64,000 nucleotides of DNA. Origin: Marsupella aquatica. Taxonomy: Eukaryota; Plantae; Marchantiophyta. The notes beneath the pieces were generated by a model. The model did not search any database. It had not been told where the DNA came from and worked only from the letters and a program-made list of their open reading frames with translations. The position numbers and the translations under genes were made by a program. Location of the stretch: assembly GCA_973895155.1 (NCBI GenBank), contig OZ316895.1:11667958-11731957 (forward strand), read 5' to 3'. Of the stretch, positions 1 through 10,383 are shown one piece after another. Numbering within the stretch: position 1 is the stretch's first letter; the number at the start of each line of letters is the position of its first letter.

Positions 1-783
1 AATACAACTCCATGAATACAGCCACATGATTTCCTTTGGTCTGCAAACTGGACAAAACTAAACTAAAATCAGCTTGGTCAATTTTAAATCCTTCGTAAGG
101 GTCTCTGACAGCAGCCCGGTATAGTCATTTGTGCACGAAGATAGAGTACGGTGCAGCTTTTGAAAAAGTGGGTGGACCAGCAGCTTGTTGAGAGTAAAGC
201 AACTTATGGTTCTGTAACAGATGTGTGCAGCAGCTTAAGATGTAGAAGGCACACAATAAAACTTGATTTTTACAGATTTAAAAAAGGGCAGGGTGAGTGA
301 GCACTGCATGTTGAACTCACAGGTCCGAATCTTGATTTGATTTCGCTGCTAAAATTCGTATCTCTTGCCTGAGTCCCAGTTTGCTGGAGTTTTGTTGCTC
401 TCTGTGCTTTGTTGTGCACATTGTTGTGTTTGCTCTGTCCATTTTAAAACTTGAGAGCCAAATGAATGCTTTGCTGAAACTCAATTGCTATTTTTTCTGT
501 GTTGCCCTTACAGATTTTAAAAAGGCAGGGTGAGTGAGCACTGCTGTACAGCAAGCAAAGGCATACAGGTTGCAATATTTGTGATTGCTTCCAATCATCT
601 AGGCCAAGGTTATTTGCGCTGCTCAGTCCTAAATGCTTTGCCATCTATAAAGCATTGGTTTATGTTGCACCCTTGTGGTTACATGTCATATTTTATGCTG
701 CACCCTCATTCTTTTGTGTCATACTGCACCCTGTTATTCCTTCTTGTTTCACAATCTGATGTAGGGTCTGAGTGTGCAGGACC

Positions 784-1443
784 ATGGCTCGCAATAAGCA
801 GAAGGCCATGAATCGTTGCAGAGGTGAATCCTCTCAAGCACCTCAATTGTCCTTATATTCAGACATTGAGATTAACCAGAATAGTCCACATGTATGTGCG
901 ATTTGTGATGAGGGAGGGGATCTCATTGTTTGTGATGGGCCTTGCCACCGACATTTCCATAAGAATGTTTCCTGTCCTTTGGGTCAGCAATGGCTATGCC
1001 CAACTATATCCCTCGCTGATGGCCATGTTGGAGAATGGCTTTGTGTTGATTGCAAGAATGAGGAACATTCTTGCTTTAAGTGCCATGTGTCTGGAAAAAT
1101 TGGTGAAGAGGTAAGAAAATGTCCAGACTCTCTCTGTGCCCGGTTTTACTGTCGGCAGTGTTTGGTTCCTGGCACAGCATCATGTGGACTCCATATTTGT
1201 CTTACTTGTGGACAGGGGCCCAATGATGGGGCTAATGGCTTTTTGGTTCAGTGCATGAGGTGTCCTAAGGCATGGCACAAAGACTGCCTGCTGTTTATCC
1301 AGCAGAGGGGATTTGCCCATGATCGAACAATTTGGGATCACTCAGCGCATGGGCAGCCCAAGAAGGGGATGTTTTACTGTCCTGACCATGACATTGACCC
1401 TACACTAGGCACTCCTGCTAGGAGCCACATATCTTGGATTTGA
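784..1443 (+). CDS. Stand-alone EDM2-type composite (atypical, ~2.5x) PHD zinc-finger protein, 219 aa, inside CACTA element 1
   Basis: accATGg start at 784. The motif series VCAICDEGGDLIVCDGPCHRHFH / WLCVDCKNEEHSCFKC / VRKCPDSLCARFYC / CGLHICLTC / CMRCPKAWHKDCL / RTIWD / FYCPDHDIDPTLGTPARSHISW parallels the PHD cluster of plant EDM2 (VCAICDNGG...CRRCPKSYHRKCL...TRAWD...IYCQEHEIDEELLTPVRDH, recalled from knowledge of the family). An AG acceptor at 778-779 allows upstream exons. Confidence 0.85.
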   Translation: MARNKQKAMNRCRGESSQAPQLSLYSDIEINQNSPHVCAICDEGGDLIVCDGPCHRHFHKNVSCPLGQQWLCPTISLADGHVGEWLCVDCKNEEHSCFKCHVSGKIGEEVRKCPDSLCARFYCRQCLVPGTASCGLHICLTCGQGPNDGANGFLVQCMRCPKAWHKDCLLFIQQRGFAHDRTIWDHSAHGQPKKGMFYCPDHDIDPTLGTPARSHISWI

Positions 1444-2040
1444 TTGAGGCTGGATCGAACACAAACTTGAGATAGAGCTTTTTGATGGTTTCACGTGGAC
1501 TTAAACAATTTTCAGAGTGCTAAAACATGTGGACTATTTATATGCAGTTTGATGAACTCCTCATGTATACACACTCTACGACAGTGCATTGCGGATTGAG
1601 GCAATTAATTTTGAGAAATCAACTTTATTATCTTTTCCAGGGTAGGATTCTGATTTTCAAGCATGTACTTTGAGTGTGACTTTCCTCCATATTGATGTCT
1701 AAACTTCACTTGTAAATTTGTCACTGGTGTCACAAACGTTACTTATTCCAGACCTGTCTGCTCACATTCCTAATAGGCAAACAAATACTGGAAATGATGA
1801 AGGCACAGAGATTTACGTTCATAGTATCATTCTGATGACACTGTATGTGATGCTCTATTTGTATGCAAGGAGAAGGTGCCCTACTACAGTGGATTTGAGA
1901 AACTGGGCTCTGTGGGTTTGAGCAATTGGACTGTGGTTGGCATCGGTTGTACAACTGTGACGGTAGGCCCAATTTTGTATGCATGTCACTCTGATTCAGT
2001 TTGAAAATCATAGTTTGAATACAATTTCAATCAAGCTAGC

Positions 2041-5000
2041 ATGGCACAATTGCCACAGAATACGTTAGGTGTGGGTAGAACTCCAAAGTTGCCGCTCTTC
2101 CATCCAGCTAGAGTACAACATCGTGATGATGCTTTGTGGGTTCGAGAACAGAAGGCCTGCCACAAGAGTGGGGACCATAAGATGTACTGCCCTTGTGTGA
2201 ACTGCAAAGGGAATTATAGGACTAATCGGAATACTGCTAGACTGCACCTTATTAAACATGGTCGGTACCCTGCATGTCGAGTGTGGGTGGGAGAGGGACA
2301 GGACTCTTCTGATGAAGAGTGGGGTGCTGACTACATGTCACAACATGGCCCTGAGGCATTGAGGGTAGCAAACCTTCAGCAGGCAACCTGTGCACAACAG
2401 CCAACTGTAGATGTTGAAGAACATTTATTTGTAGATGTTCCAGAGTATCCAACTGTGGATGTTCCAGAGTATCCAACTGTGGATGTTCAAGAACATCCAA
2501 CTATAGATGTCGAAGAACATATCAGGGCTCTACTGGAAGAAACGTTGCTGAGAACCAGTGAAGAATCCCCTGAGCATGAGCTAGATGATCAGGACCGTTT
2601 TGACTTGGATTTTGTACTTGGGGATGATGAGAGTGAAGGAGGTGCCCATCCTGTAAACCCCCTTGAAACCTCCAAAACTCCTGTGGAGACTGATCCTGCA
2701 CAGTTATCTTTAGATGCAGCAATGCAACCTTTGTTCCCAGGCAGCAAAATAGATGTTGTGTCATTCATGTTGCTTCTGCTGAACATCTGTCATGGCCATG
2801 GATTCTCAAACAAAGGAGTGAATGCATTGTTGTCTTTGATGGGGGAGCATGGTATGCCTACAGAGCATAATCTGCCCAAGAACTTATATGCTGCAAAGCA
2901 GCTATTGAGAAAGCTTGGCTTGGATTATGAGAGAATCCCTGTCTGTGAGAAAGGTTGTATGCTCTTTAGGGGTGAGAATGCCAAGTTAGAAAACTGTTCA
3001 GTGTGTCAGCAGCCCAAGATGAAGAGAGTGGGGAATTCATTACAGGCAAGGAAGGTAGTGCGGTATTTCCCTATAATTCCCAGGTTGAAGAGATTGTATG
3101 CCACTGCTGGTACATCTAAACTCATGACTTGGCATCATGAGAATAGAAGCACAGACAACATGGTTCGGCACGCAGCAGATTCAAAGGCTTGGAAGCATGT
3201 GGATACAAATATTGATCGGGAATTTGCAGCTGAACCAAGGAATGTGCGATTTGGGTTGGCACTTGATGGGGTGAATCCCTTTGGGAATAATTCCACAGCT
3301 TGGTCTACCTGGCCAATACTGTTGTTGAATTACAATTTACCTCCTTGGCTTACCACCAAGAAGTTCTTTGTCATGCTAGCTATGCTGATTCCAGGACCTG
3401 ATTCAGTAACAGAGGAACAGCTAGACATAATATTGGGCCCATTCTATGAGGAGTTGGAGCTGTTGTGGAAGAAAGGAGTGCCCTGCTTTGACAAATTGCC
3501 ACGCCCAGGATTGTCTCAACACTTCAACCTTAGGGCTGTGCTATTGTGGACAATCAATGATTACCCTGCATATGGTTTAATATCTGGACAACAACACTCT
3601 GGATACAAAGGATGTGTCATCTGTGGGCCAGAATGTGTGGCACGTGGTTCTAAGCACTTGCAGAAATTAGAGTACAGTGGCCACCGTCGATGGTTAGCAA
3701 CAAGGCATCTTTTTCGTAGACCAGATAGTGCACAATACTTTGATGGTGCAATTGAGAGTCGACCTGCACCGTGTAGAATGACAAGCTCTGATAGAAAGAA
3801 GTGGGGAGACGAGACAACAGAATATTTGAAGAAGGGAGGAACCAAGGTTGAGGATGAGAAATGCCCCATAAAGGTGCATGGAGTGAAGAGGGCTACTGGT
3901 CTGTACAAGTTGCCCTATTGGAATGTAAGACTCCATACTACTACAATGAATTTCTGCAATCTCTTCATATGACTTTGAAATATATTCTCTTCATATACTT
4001 CCTGTAGCCCAGATTTTGTAATTGTTGTATTCAATGCACTAATTTCTGAATTGTGTCCACTGCACAAACTACTGCCCAGTGATGCCAAAAGTTGTATTCA
4101 ATGCCCTAATTTCTGAATTGTGTGTCCACTGCAGAAACTACTCATTAACCATTGTCTAGATCCCATGCACTGTGAGAAGAATCTTGCACACAACATTGTG
4201 CACACTATCATTGGGACCAAGGACACTCCTTCTGTGAGAGAAGACATGAAGCTCTTACAGGTGCGCCAACACCTATGGCTTGTACCCAATCCAGCTCCCA
4301 AGCGTAAGGATGACAAATTGTTGATGCCCCCAGCCCCATATTGCCTGAGCAAGAAGGAAAGAACAAGGTTCTTGGAGGTTTTATTGACCTTGAAAGGGCC
4401 CACTGGTTTTTCAAGTTCTTTGGCAAAGTGTGTTACAAAATCCAAGAAACTCTCTGGGTTGAAATCACATGATTTCCACCAACTCATGCAACAGATTCTC
4501 CCTCTGGCAACAATGGGATTACTTGATGAAGGGGTTCGCTTGGCCATAGCTGGGGTGAGCAATATCTATCGCCAGATCTGTACGAAGGTGTGGGACCCTT
4601 CAATGTATGAGAATTTGATGATGGATGTTGCATTCACTCTCTGCATTTTGGAAATCCATTTTCCACCAAGCTTCTTTGATGTCATGACCCATTTAATGAT
4701 TCACCTAGTGGAGGAATTAGACTTGTGTGGCCCAGTTACAGGCAGATGGATGTACCCAATAGAGAGGAACCTGAAGGTATTGAAGGGTTATGTACGAAAC
4801 AAGGCACGTCCAGAGGCTTCTATGGCTGAAGGCTATGTATTAGATGAGTCTTTGGGATTTCTTTCTGAATACATGATTGATGCAAAGGGAGAGGGAAAAC
4901 GAACCTGGGAGTTGGAGGAGGATGCTGGCGTTGCAGGCATTGTTTTGGAAGGGGCTGCAAAGGCGATAACTTTGGATTGGTCTGAAATGATGGCCATGCA

Positions 5001-6034
5001 TCATTATATATTAGAGAATGAAGAGACAGTGGCTCCATGGTATAGGTACATAAACCCTAGAAACTCTCCTATCCTTAGGCATATGGATCATAATTATGTT
5101 TCCCCATTGTGTTTGTATATTCATGGTGGATCGTGCACTAATGTCTTCAGTGTTGTTGTTGCCATGCAGGATATATGATGCTACCAATGAGACTGTTACC
5201 AAACGAAGAGTGGATTTCCGGAAGGAGTGGATGAGGAAGCCTGCCAATCGAAGAAAACCAGTGGAATTTCCCGTAGACTGCCAAGAATTGCCACCTTTCA
5301 GGGAATGGTTTCAAACATTAGTCAATACCCATAATTTTGAGAAAGAGTCTGAGCGGTCATTACTATCTGCATACTCCACACCACCTAGTTTGAAGGCACG
5401 ACTGTATAGGGCATGTAGAGCCTATGGGCACCATTGGAGGACTATTCCATCCTTGGGGTGTTTGAGTGATTGTGATTCTGGTGCTTTCAGCACTTTTGAT
5501 TCTGGGATGGCTTCTACATTCACTGAGAAGCGAGTGGACAGGTCTGGTGCAACCATAGAAGAATCTGTACAGTATGTAGGGGCCTTGACAGATATCTTGG
5601 TACTGAATTATGGCAGCTTGAGGAAAGAGGTGATTCTTTTCAAAGGGAAATGGGCAGATCCATCATGGACTCCTAAATCCTCTGCCAGTATGAGGTATAC
5701 CAAGTCTGGTCTTTGGCAGGTGAATTTCCATAGAGAACTGGGTGTGTCCAAGAAAATGGATTACGTTTTCCCAAAGCAAGTGGAGCAGGTTTTCTTCCAC
5801 CCCAATGAGAAGGGGATAGCATGGAGAACAATCCTCCACAAAGAATCCAGGTCCACAAGGGTGTTAGGTGATTACACAGACGTTGATTTCCATGCTACAA
5901 TGGAAAACAATGTCAAATTACACATCGAATTGGCTAAGGCCTGTAGGTCCAGAGAAAATCCAGGACCAAGTACTGGTCCCAAACGAGGCAGAGATGCAGA
6001 GGGATCTGCAAGAAAGGGCAGGCCTAAGCAGTGA
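2041..6034 (+). CDS. TnpD/Tnp2-like CACTA transposase; predicted exons 2041-3924, 4135-5045, 5170-6034 (~1219 aa, no stops or frameshifts)
   Basis: N-terminal transposase-associated MYCPCVNCKG. The Transposase_21 core includes RYFPIIPRLKRLY, HAADSKAWKHVD, EPRNVRFGLALDGVNPF, YNLPPW and LRAVLLWTINDYPAYG. The GT..AG intron 3925-4134 joins YWN|KLLINHCLDPMHCEKN. DUF4218-like GLKSHDFH...RWMYPIER...ARPEASMAEGY and DUF4216-like YVFPKQVEQVFF follow. Confidence 0.93.
2401..2520 (+). repeat. In-frame 24-bp tandem repeat x5 (PTVDV(P/E/Q)E(Y/H)-type octapeptide) in TnpD
   Basis: Units such as ccaactgtggatgttccagagtat are read directly at a 24-bp period. Confidence 0.9.
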
Positions 6035-6132
6035 ATAGGTTTTAGCTAGGTGTGTGAAGTCCATAGATGGACTACATGTATGGACTATTTATGAAATCAG
6101 ACTAATGGTTTATCCATTTGTGCAGTTGGTGA

Positions 6133-9100
6133 ATGCAGCCTGTGAAAGGAAGATTGCAAGGGTTGTCACATTCTGTGAATCCTTATGAGGAGGCCCGAAA
6201 TCGGAACATAGAGCATAATGTCAGAATTATGCGTGATCTAGGACTGGGGCCAGACTGCAAGCTGATGTGTGTGTTGATATGTCTATTGCAAATTTGATTC
6301 AGTAGATGGAGTTGTCAGGTTCATGTTCTGTTTTCATATTCCAGATTGGTCTCATACTAGTATGGATCCTGTACATAAGTACTAGTGTTATGGTGTTGTA
6401 GATTCATTTTGCATGTATGTTTGATCTGCATTGGTGTATGTTGATGATTGCTTTGTTCCTTAGAGGCCCAACCACACATGTACAACGAGAGAGAGGAAAG
6501 CCTGCTTTGGTGAAAGGTACTTCAACTGAAACATTGCCAAAGAGGAGGAGCTCTAGACTATCAGAAGTTACCAAGGTGAACATGGCAGAGTTTGGTGATG
6601 ATGGCTATGGTTCTCCTTCTGAGTATGACACTGAGGATTCTGACATTGGAGGGTCAGAACCAGAGAGTGCACAACAGGTAATGCTTGAACTTCATCATCC
6701 TAATAGGAAGGGATCCTTGTCCCTTTTTCAAATTATATGTTGATATGCTTACGTTGTCCATGATGTAGGTACAGAAACAAAATCGTGGTCCTAAGAAGAC
6801 TGGGCCTGGTGGAGGTGGGCTAGTGAGATGTTGGAAAGACCCAGACACTGGACTCTTATATGAAAGTGAGTGGATTGTACTGTTCTACTTTTCAGGTGTG
6901 TTTGGAAGTTGATATTCTACTTGGAAATGAAATTAATTGAAGTGCTTTGGTGTTGTGTGTTTGTTTAGTGGTTCCATCAGCATCTGAAGGCAGATCAGGT
7001 CAATCTGATGTACTACATTCCAGAGGATCTTCAGGTAATACACAATCTGCTCGTGTTGCATATGCAAGTACATTTGCTCAACTTTTCAATCATGTACATA
7101 TTTTTTGATTGAATGCATGTGTGTGCATTGCAGGAGGGGCCTCTGAGATGCGCAGGGAACGAAGGCATGCTAAGAAGCAGTTTGATAATACTGCCAAACA
7201 ACGAAGGGATTGCGGAGAGGTGCCCAAACACATTAAAGTGAGTATTGTACTTGTTTGTAGATTTAGACAAATCTGATCCTCTCTGTTGTTGTGTGTATAA
7301 AACCTGGACTCTGCATAAATTCCAGAGTTATGATCTGACATTGTCTATGAAATGCAGATTTATGACAATGATATTGATGATTCTGATGGCAACAAACAAT
7401 ACTGGCTGGAGGAACTTCGTGGCAACGTACTCAGAGTCTTTGATGTATCAAAGCCAAAATGGACTGATCATCCACAAGTTCATACAACCACAGTGTGGAA
7501 TAACATGGCAGCTGAGTGGGAGTATGTGGGTGGGGAATTTATTAACACCAAATTCCAGAGTCATTGTCGTGGCATATTGAAGAGAGAGCGCCATAAAATG
7601 CATGTTTATTGGAAGAAAGTTTGCAATGAGGATCCAACCAAACTTGGGCCATCTGGTGTTGATCCAAAGAAATGGGCAGCTTTGGTATCTCATTTTACCA
7701 GTCCAGCATTGATATCTTTGAGTAAACAGATGACTGATAAAAGAGCACGAGTGCAAGATACCTCTCACTTTGGAAGGGGAGGGCATGCTGCAGCAGCAAA
7801 GAGAATGGTAAATTGTCTATCATTTTCACTATCAATTCTGTCTTGTTTGTGAATCTTGATGAAAACAAACTCTGTGATTTCTCATTCATTGTGTGTTTGA
7901 ACAGAAGCAGAAGAGAGGATCAAGCCCAGGTATATCTGACCTGAAAGAAAACCATGGTAGTCAGGGTTCATTGCCAAAGGTGACAATGAGCCCATCATTG
8001 GCAAGTGCAGAAGGTCAGACTGGTAGTTTTGTGGGAGCAAAGGTGAGCCCATCATTGGCAAGTGGGGAGGGTAAAAGTGCTAGCTTACTGGGGCAAGGAA
8101 ACAGACATGGATCAGCTGTGAGTATTGTCATACCAATTTGATTTGTACATCATTCTCCATTTGACAGAGCCAGTGTTGTGTCGTTTGTAAGTTTGACAGT
8201 GAGACTGTTGTGTTGGTTTGTGGTTCATTTACAGACCCCACATTCAAAAGAAGAGATCACTGCCATTGGGGCTGTGAAATTGGATGTCGCTGAGTTGAAA
8301 GGCACTGTGAGGGAGTTGACAAACATGATGACTACGTGGATGGCACATCACCCCAGTAATGCACAAGTTCCAACAGTTGTGCCTAGTCACAGTAAGTTGA
8401 CTACAACTACCAAACAAGGTAGTAGAAAGCGATCTCTTACTTTTTCAGGCGATAATGAAGGTAAAATTCTCTATCATGTATACACTGTCCATTCAATGTA
8501 ATTATTGTGATGTGTATATGTCATTGCATGTTTATAATGTTCTTGCATGTTTTTAGTGTGATTATATGTTGCTGGTGTATACATGTTTGTTTATGCATTT
8601 CTTTTGTGTGTGTTTTATGACAGCATCTTTAGGGGAGCCTCCTGTGTCGCAGGGAAGACCAACTGACACAGCTAACAGTACTCTAAAGCAAACTGAATTG
8701 GAAGTGAACCTTTTGCCATCTAAGTTGCCCAAAGAAGCCATTTCAGATGTCTTTCAGTTGCCAGAGGATAAGTCGACTCAGTTGACACCAGATGTAACCC
8801 CAGAATCATCTGAGTTGCCAAAAGAAACTCCCATTCCAAGTGAACAGGATGACACTCCATCAACTAGAAAGGGAAAGAAGAAAAGGAAGAAAGGATCCTC
8901 AGCAAATGCATCACCTGCACAGAAGAAACCAATGCAGTCTCCTAACCCCGTTGCAAAGGTAAATGTGTGTTTGATTTGAGTGTTCTTCTATCTTTCAATT
9001 TCTGTTTATTGCATTTTTAACAAAATGTGTTGTTCACAGTTTGCAAGAGGAGATTTGGTGAAGATGAAGAGCGTTGTGGACAATTCCATGATAGTGGCAG

Positions 9101-9300
9101 AAGGTGAGGTGACAGGGCTGCCAGGAGAAGATAAGTTTCATTGTGCAGATTTTGAAAGCCCTTTCTTGCGAGTGCGTGTGATTGAAGTGTTTGTAGATGT
9201 GGCATTGCCATTTGCCAATTCAGGGGAGAACCAGTCTAAATTATCTGATGTGAAAGGGATGAATGCCCTATGGAACTCTAGATTGCTTAAGAAGCAATAG
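6133..9300 (+). CDS. TnpA-like (Ptta/Tnp1 En/Spm) multi-exon gene of CACTA element 1
   Basis: ATG at 6133 (MQPVKGR...NPYEEARNRNIEHNVRIMRDLGL) splices in frame to the exon at 6464. The exon ~7358-7807 has Transposase_24-like ERHKMHVYW...VDPKKWAALVSHFTSP...SKQMTDKR...HFGRGG. The last exon ~9040-9300 has Transposase_23-like IVAEGEV...FLRVRVIEV...ALPF...KLSDVKGMNALW. Internal exon boundaries are approximate. Confidence 0.8.
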
Positions 9301-9654
9301 AAATAGCACTCTATCAAGAAACAATAGACATGATAGAATGACAACTCTGTTTTTCTATAAACATGCAGAGTGATTGGTATGTCAGGTTGTAACAATTGAC
9401 AATCTAATATTATTGATGTCAATGTAATTTTGTTTCATAAATTTGCATTGAGTTCAATATTTACCGTGAGACTTATGAAGGTATCTTGTATGAATATCAA
9501 TTGGATTTGTGATATATATCGAATGTTTCTTTAAGTTTTCATTTAGCAACTCTATTGAATGGCTTTGTAATATATGATTTTTGATTGACATCAAGTTTTA
9601 TCTATCATGATCACTTAAATTTGAATTTCTCCAAATCATTGAATACTTCGTCTG

Positions 9655-10370
9655 AATGATTGGCTTGAATGACTAAATGACTAGCTAGAATGACTGATGT
9701 AATGGTCATTATTCACAACTATCTTTGTGACCAATATGACTCAACTCTGGTCATTAAAGACATAGACTAAATGATTCAAAGAATGACATATACAATGACC
9801 TTTCTCATGGTCATTATAAACAAGTCCACTATGACTCACTTTATGTCATTCAAGACATGTCATTAATGACTAATGTGTATCTTTACGTGTCTTCTCCCAA
9901 TTGAACCACGTGTCTCAATATGACTTGTTTATACTGTAGTCATTTTGGACACGTCCAAAATGACCCAAATATATTGCCAAATGGTGAATCCTCTTTGAAC
10001 CACGTGTCACTATTTGATTTGTTATATAATGTACGTCATTTTGGACTGTCCAAAATGACCAATGTTATTAGTTTTTTTATTGCCACGTGTCGTTGTGTGA
10101 TTGGGTACGGGGACCATCGACGGTCAACGGCAATTGACCGTCGATGGTGATTTGTGTCGTCATTTTGGACCGTTCAACATTTATGACCATATCATAAAAA
10201 CGGTCATTTAGGATAGTATGAAATGACCACATGTTTTTAGCGTCATTTGTCCAAAAGGACCGTGACCAAAATGTCCGTTGTGACGTGTCTGGAAAGACGA
10301 GAACAATTGCGTCATTGTTTTGTTAAAAAGACCTGATTAATAGTCATTGTTTTGGTCATAAAATACATTG
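9655..10370. repeat. CACTA-1 right subterminal repeat region (AATGAC/GTCATT motifs in both orientations, three perfect palindromes)
   Basis: Dense (a)atgac/gtcat(t) motifs. Palindromes at 9939-9964, 10035-10059 and 10113-10148. Confidence 0.85.
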
Positions 10371-10383
10371 TTTTCTACTAGTG

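Larger units (their letters stand above)
1..10383 (+). mobile_element. CACTA (En/Spm) DNA transposon, element 1, apparently autonomous; left end lies upstream of the window
   Basis: Right terminus TTTTCTACTAGTG at 10371-10383 is the reverse complement of CACTAGTAGAAAA. It is preceded by ~700 bp of AATGAC/GTCATT subterminal repeats. The element contains spliced TnpD-like and TnpA-like genes in the canonical order. The 3-bp flank TAT (10384-10386) is the predicted TSD. No matching left TIR is seen in 1-2041. Confidence 0.92.
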
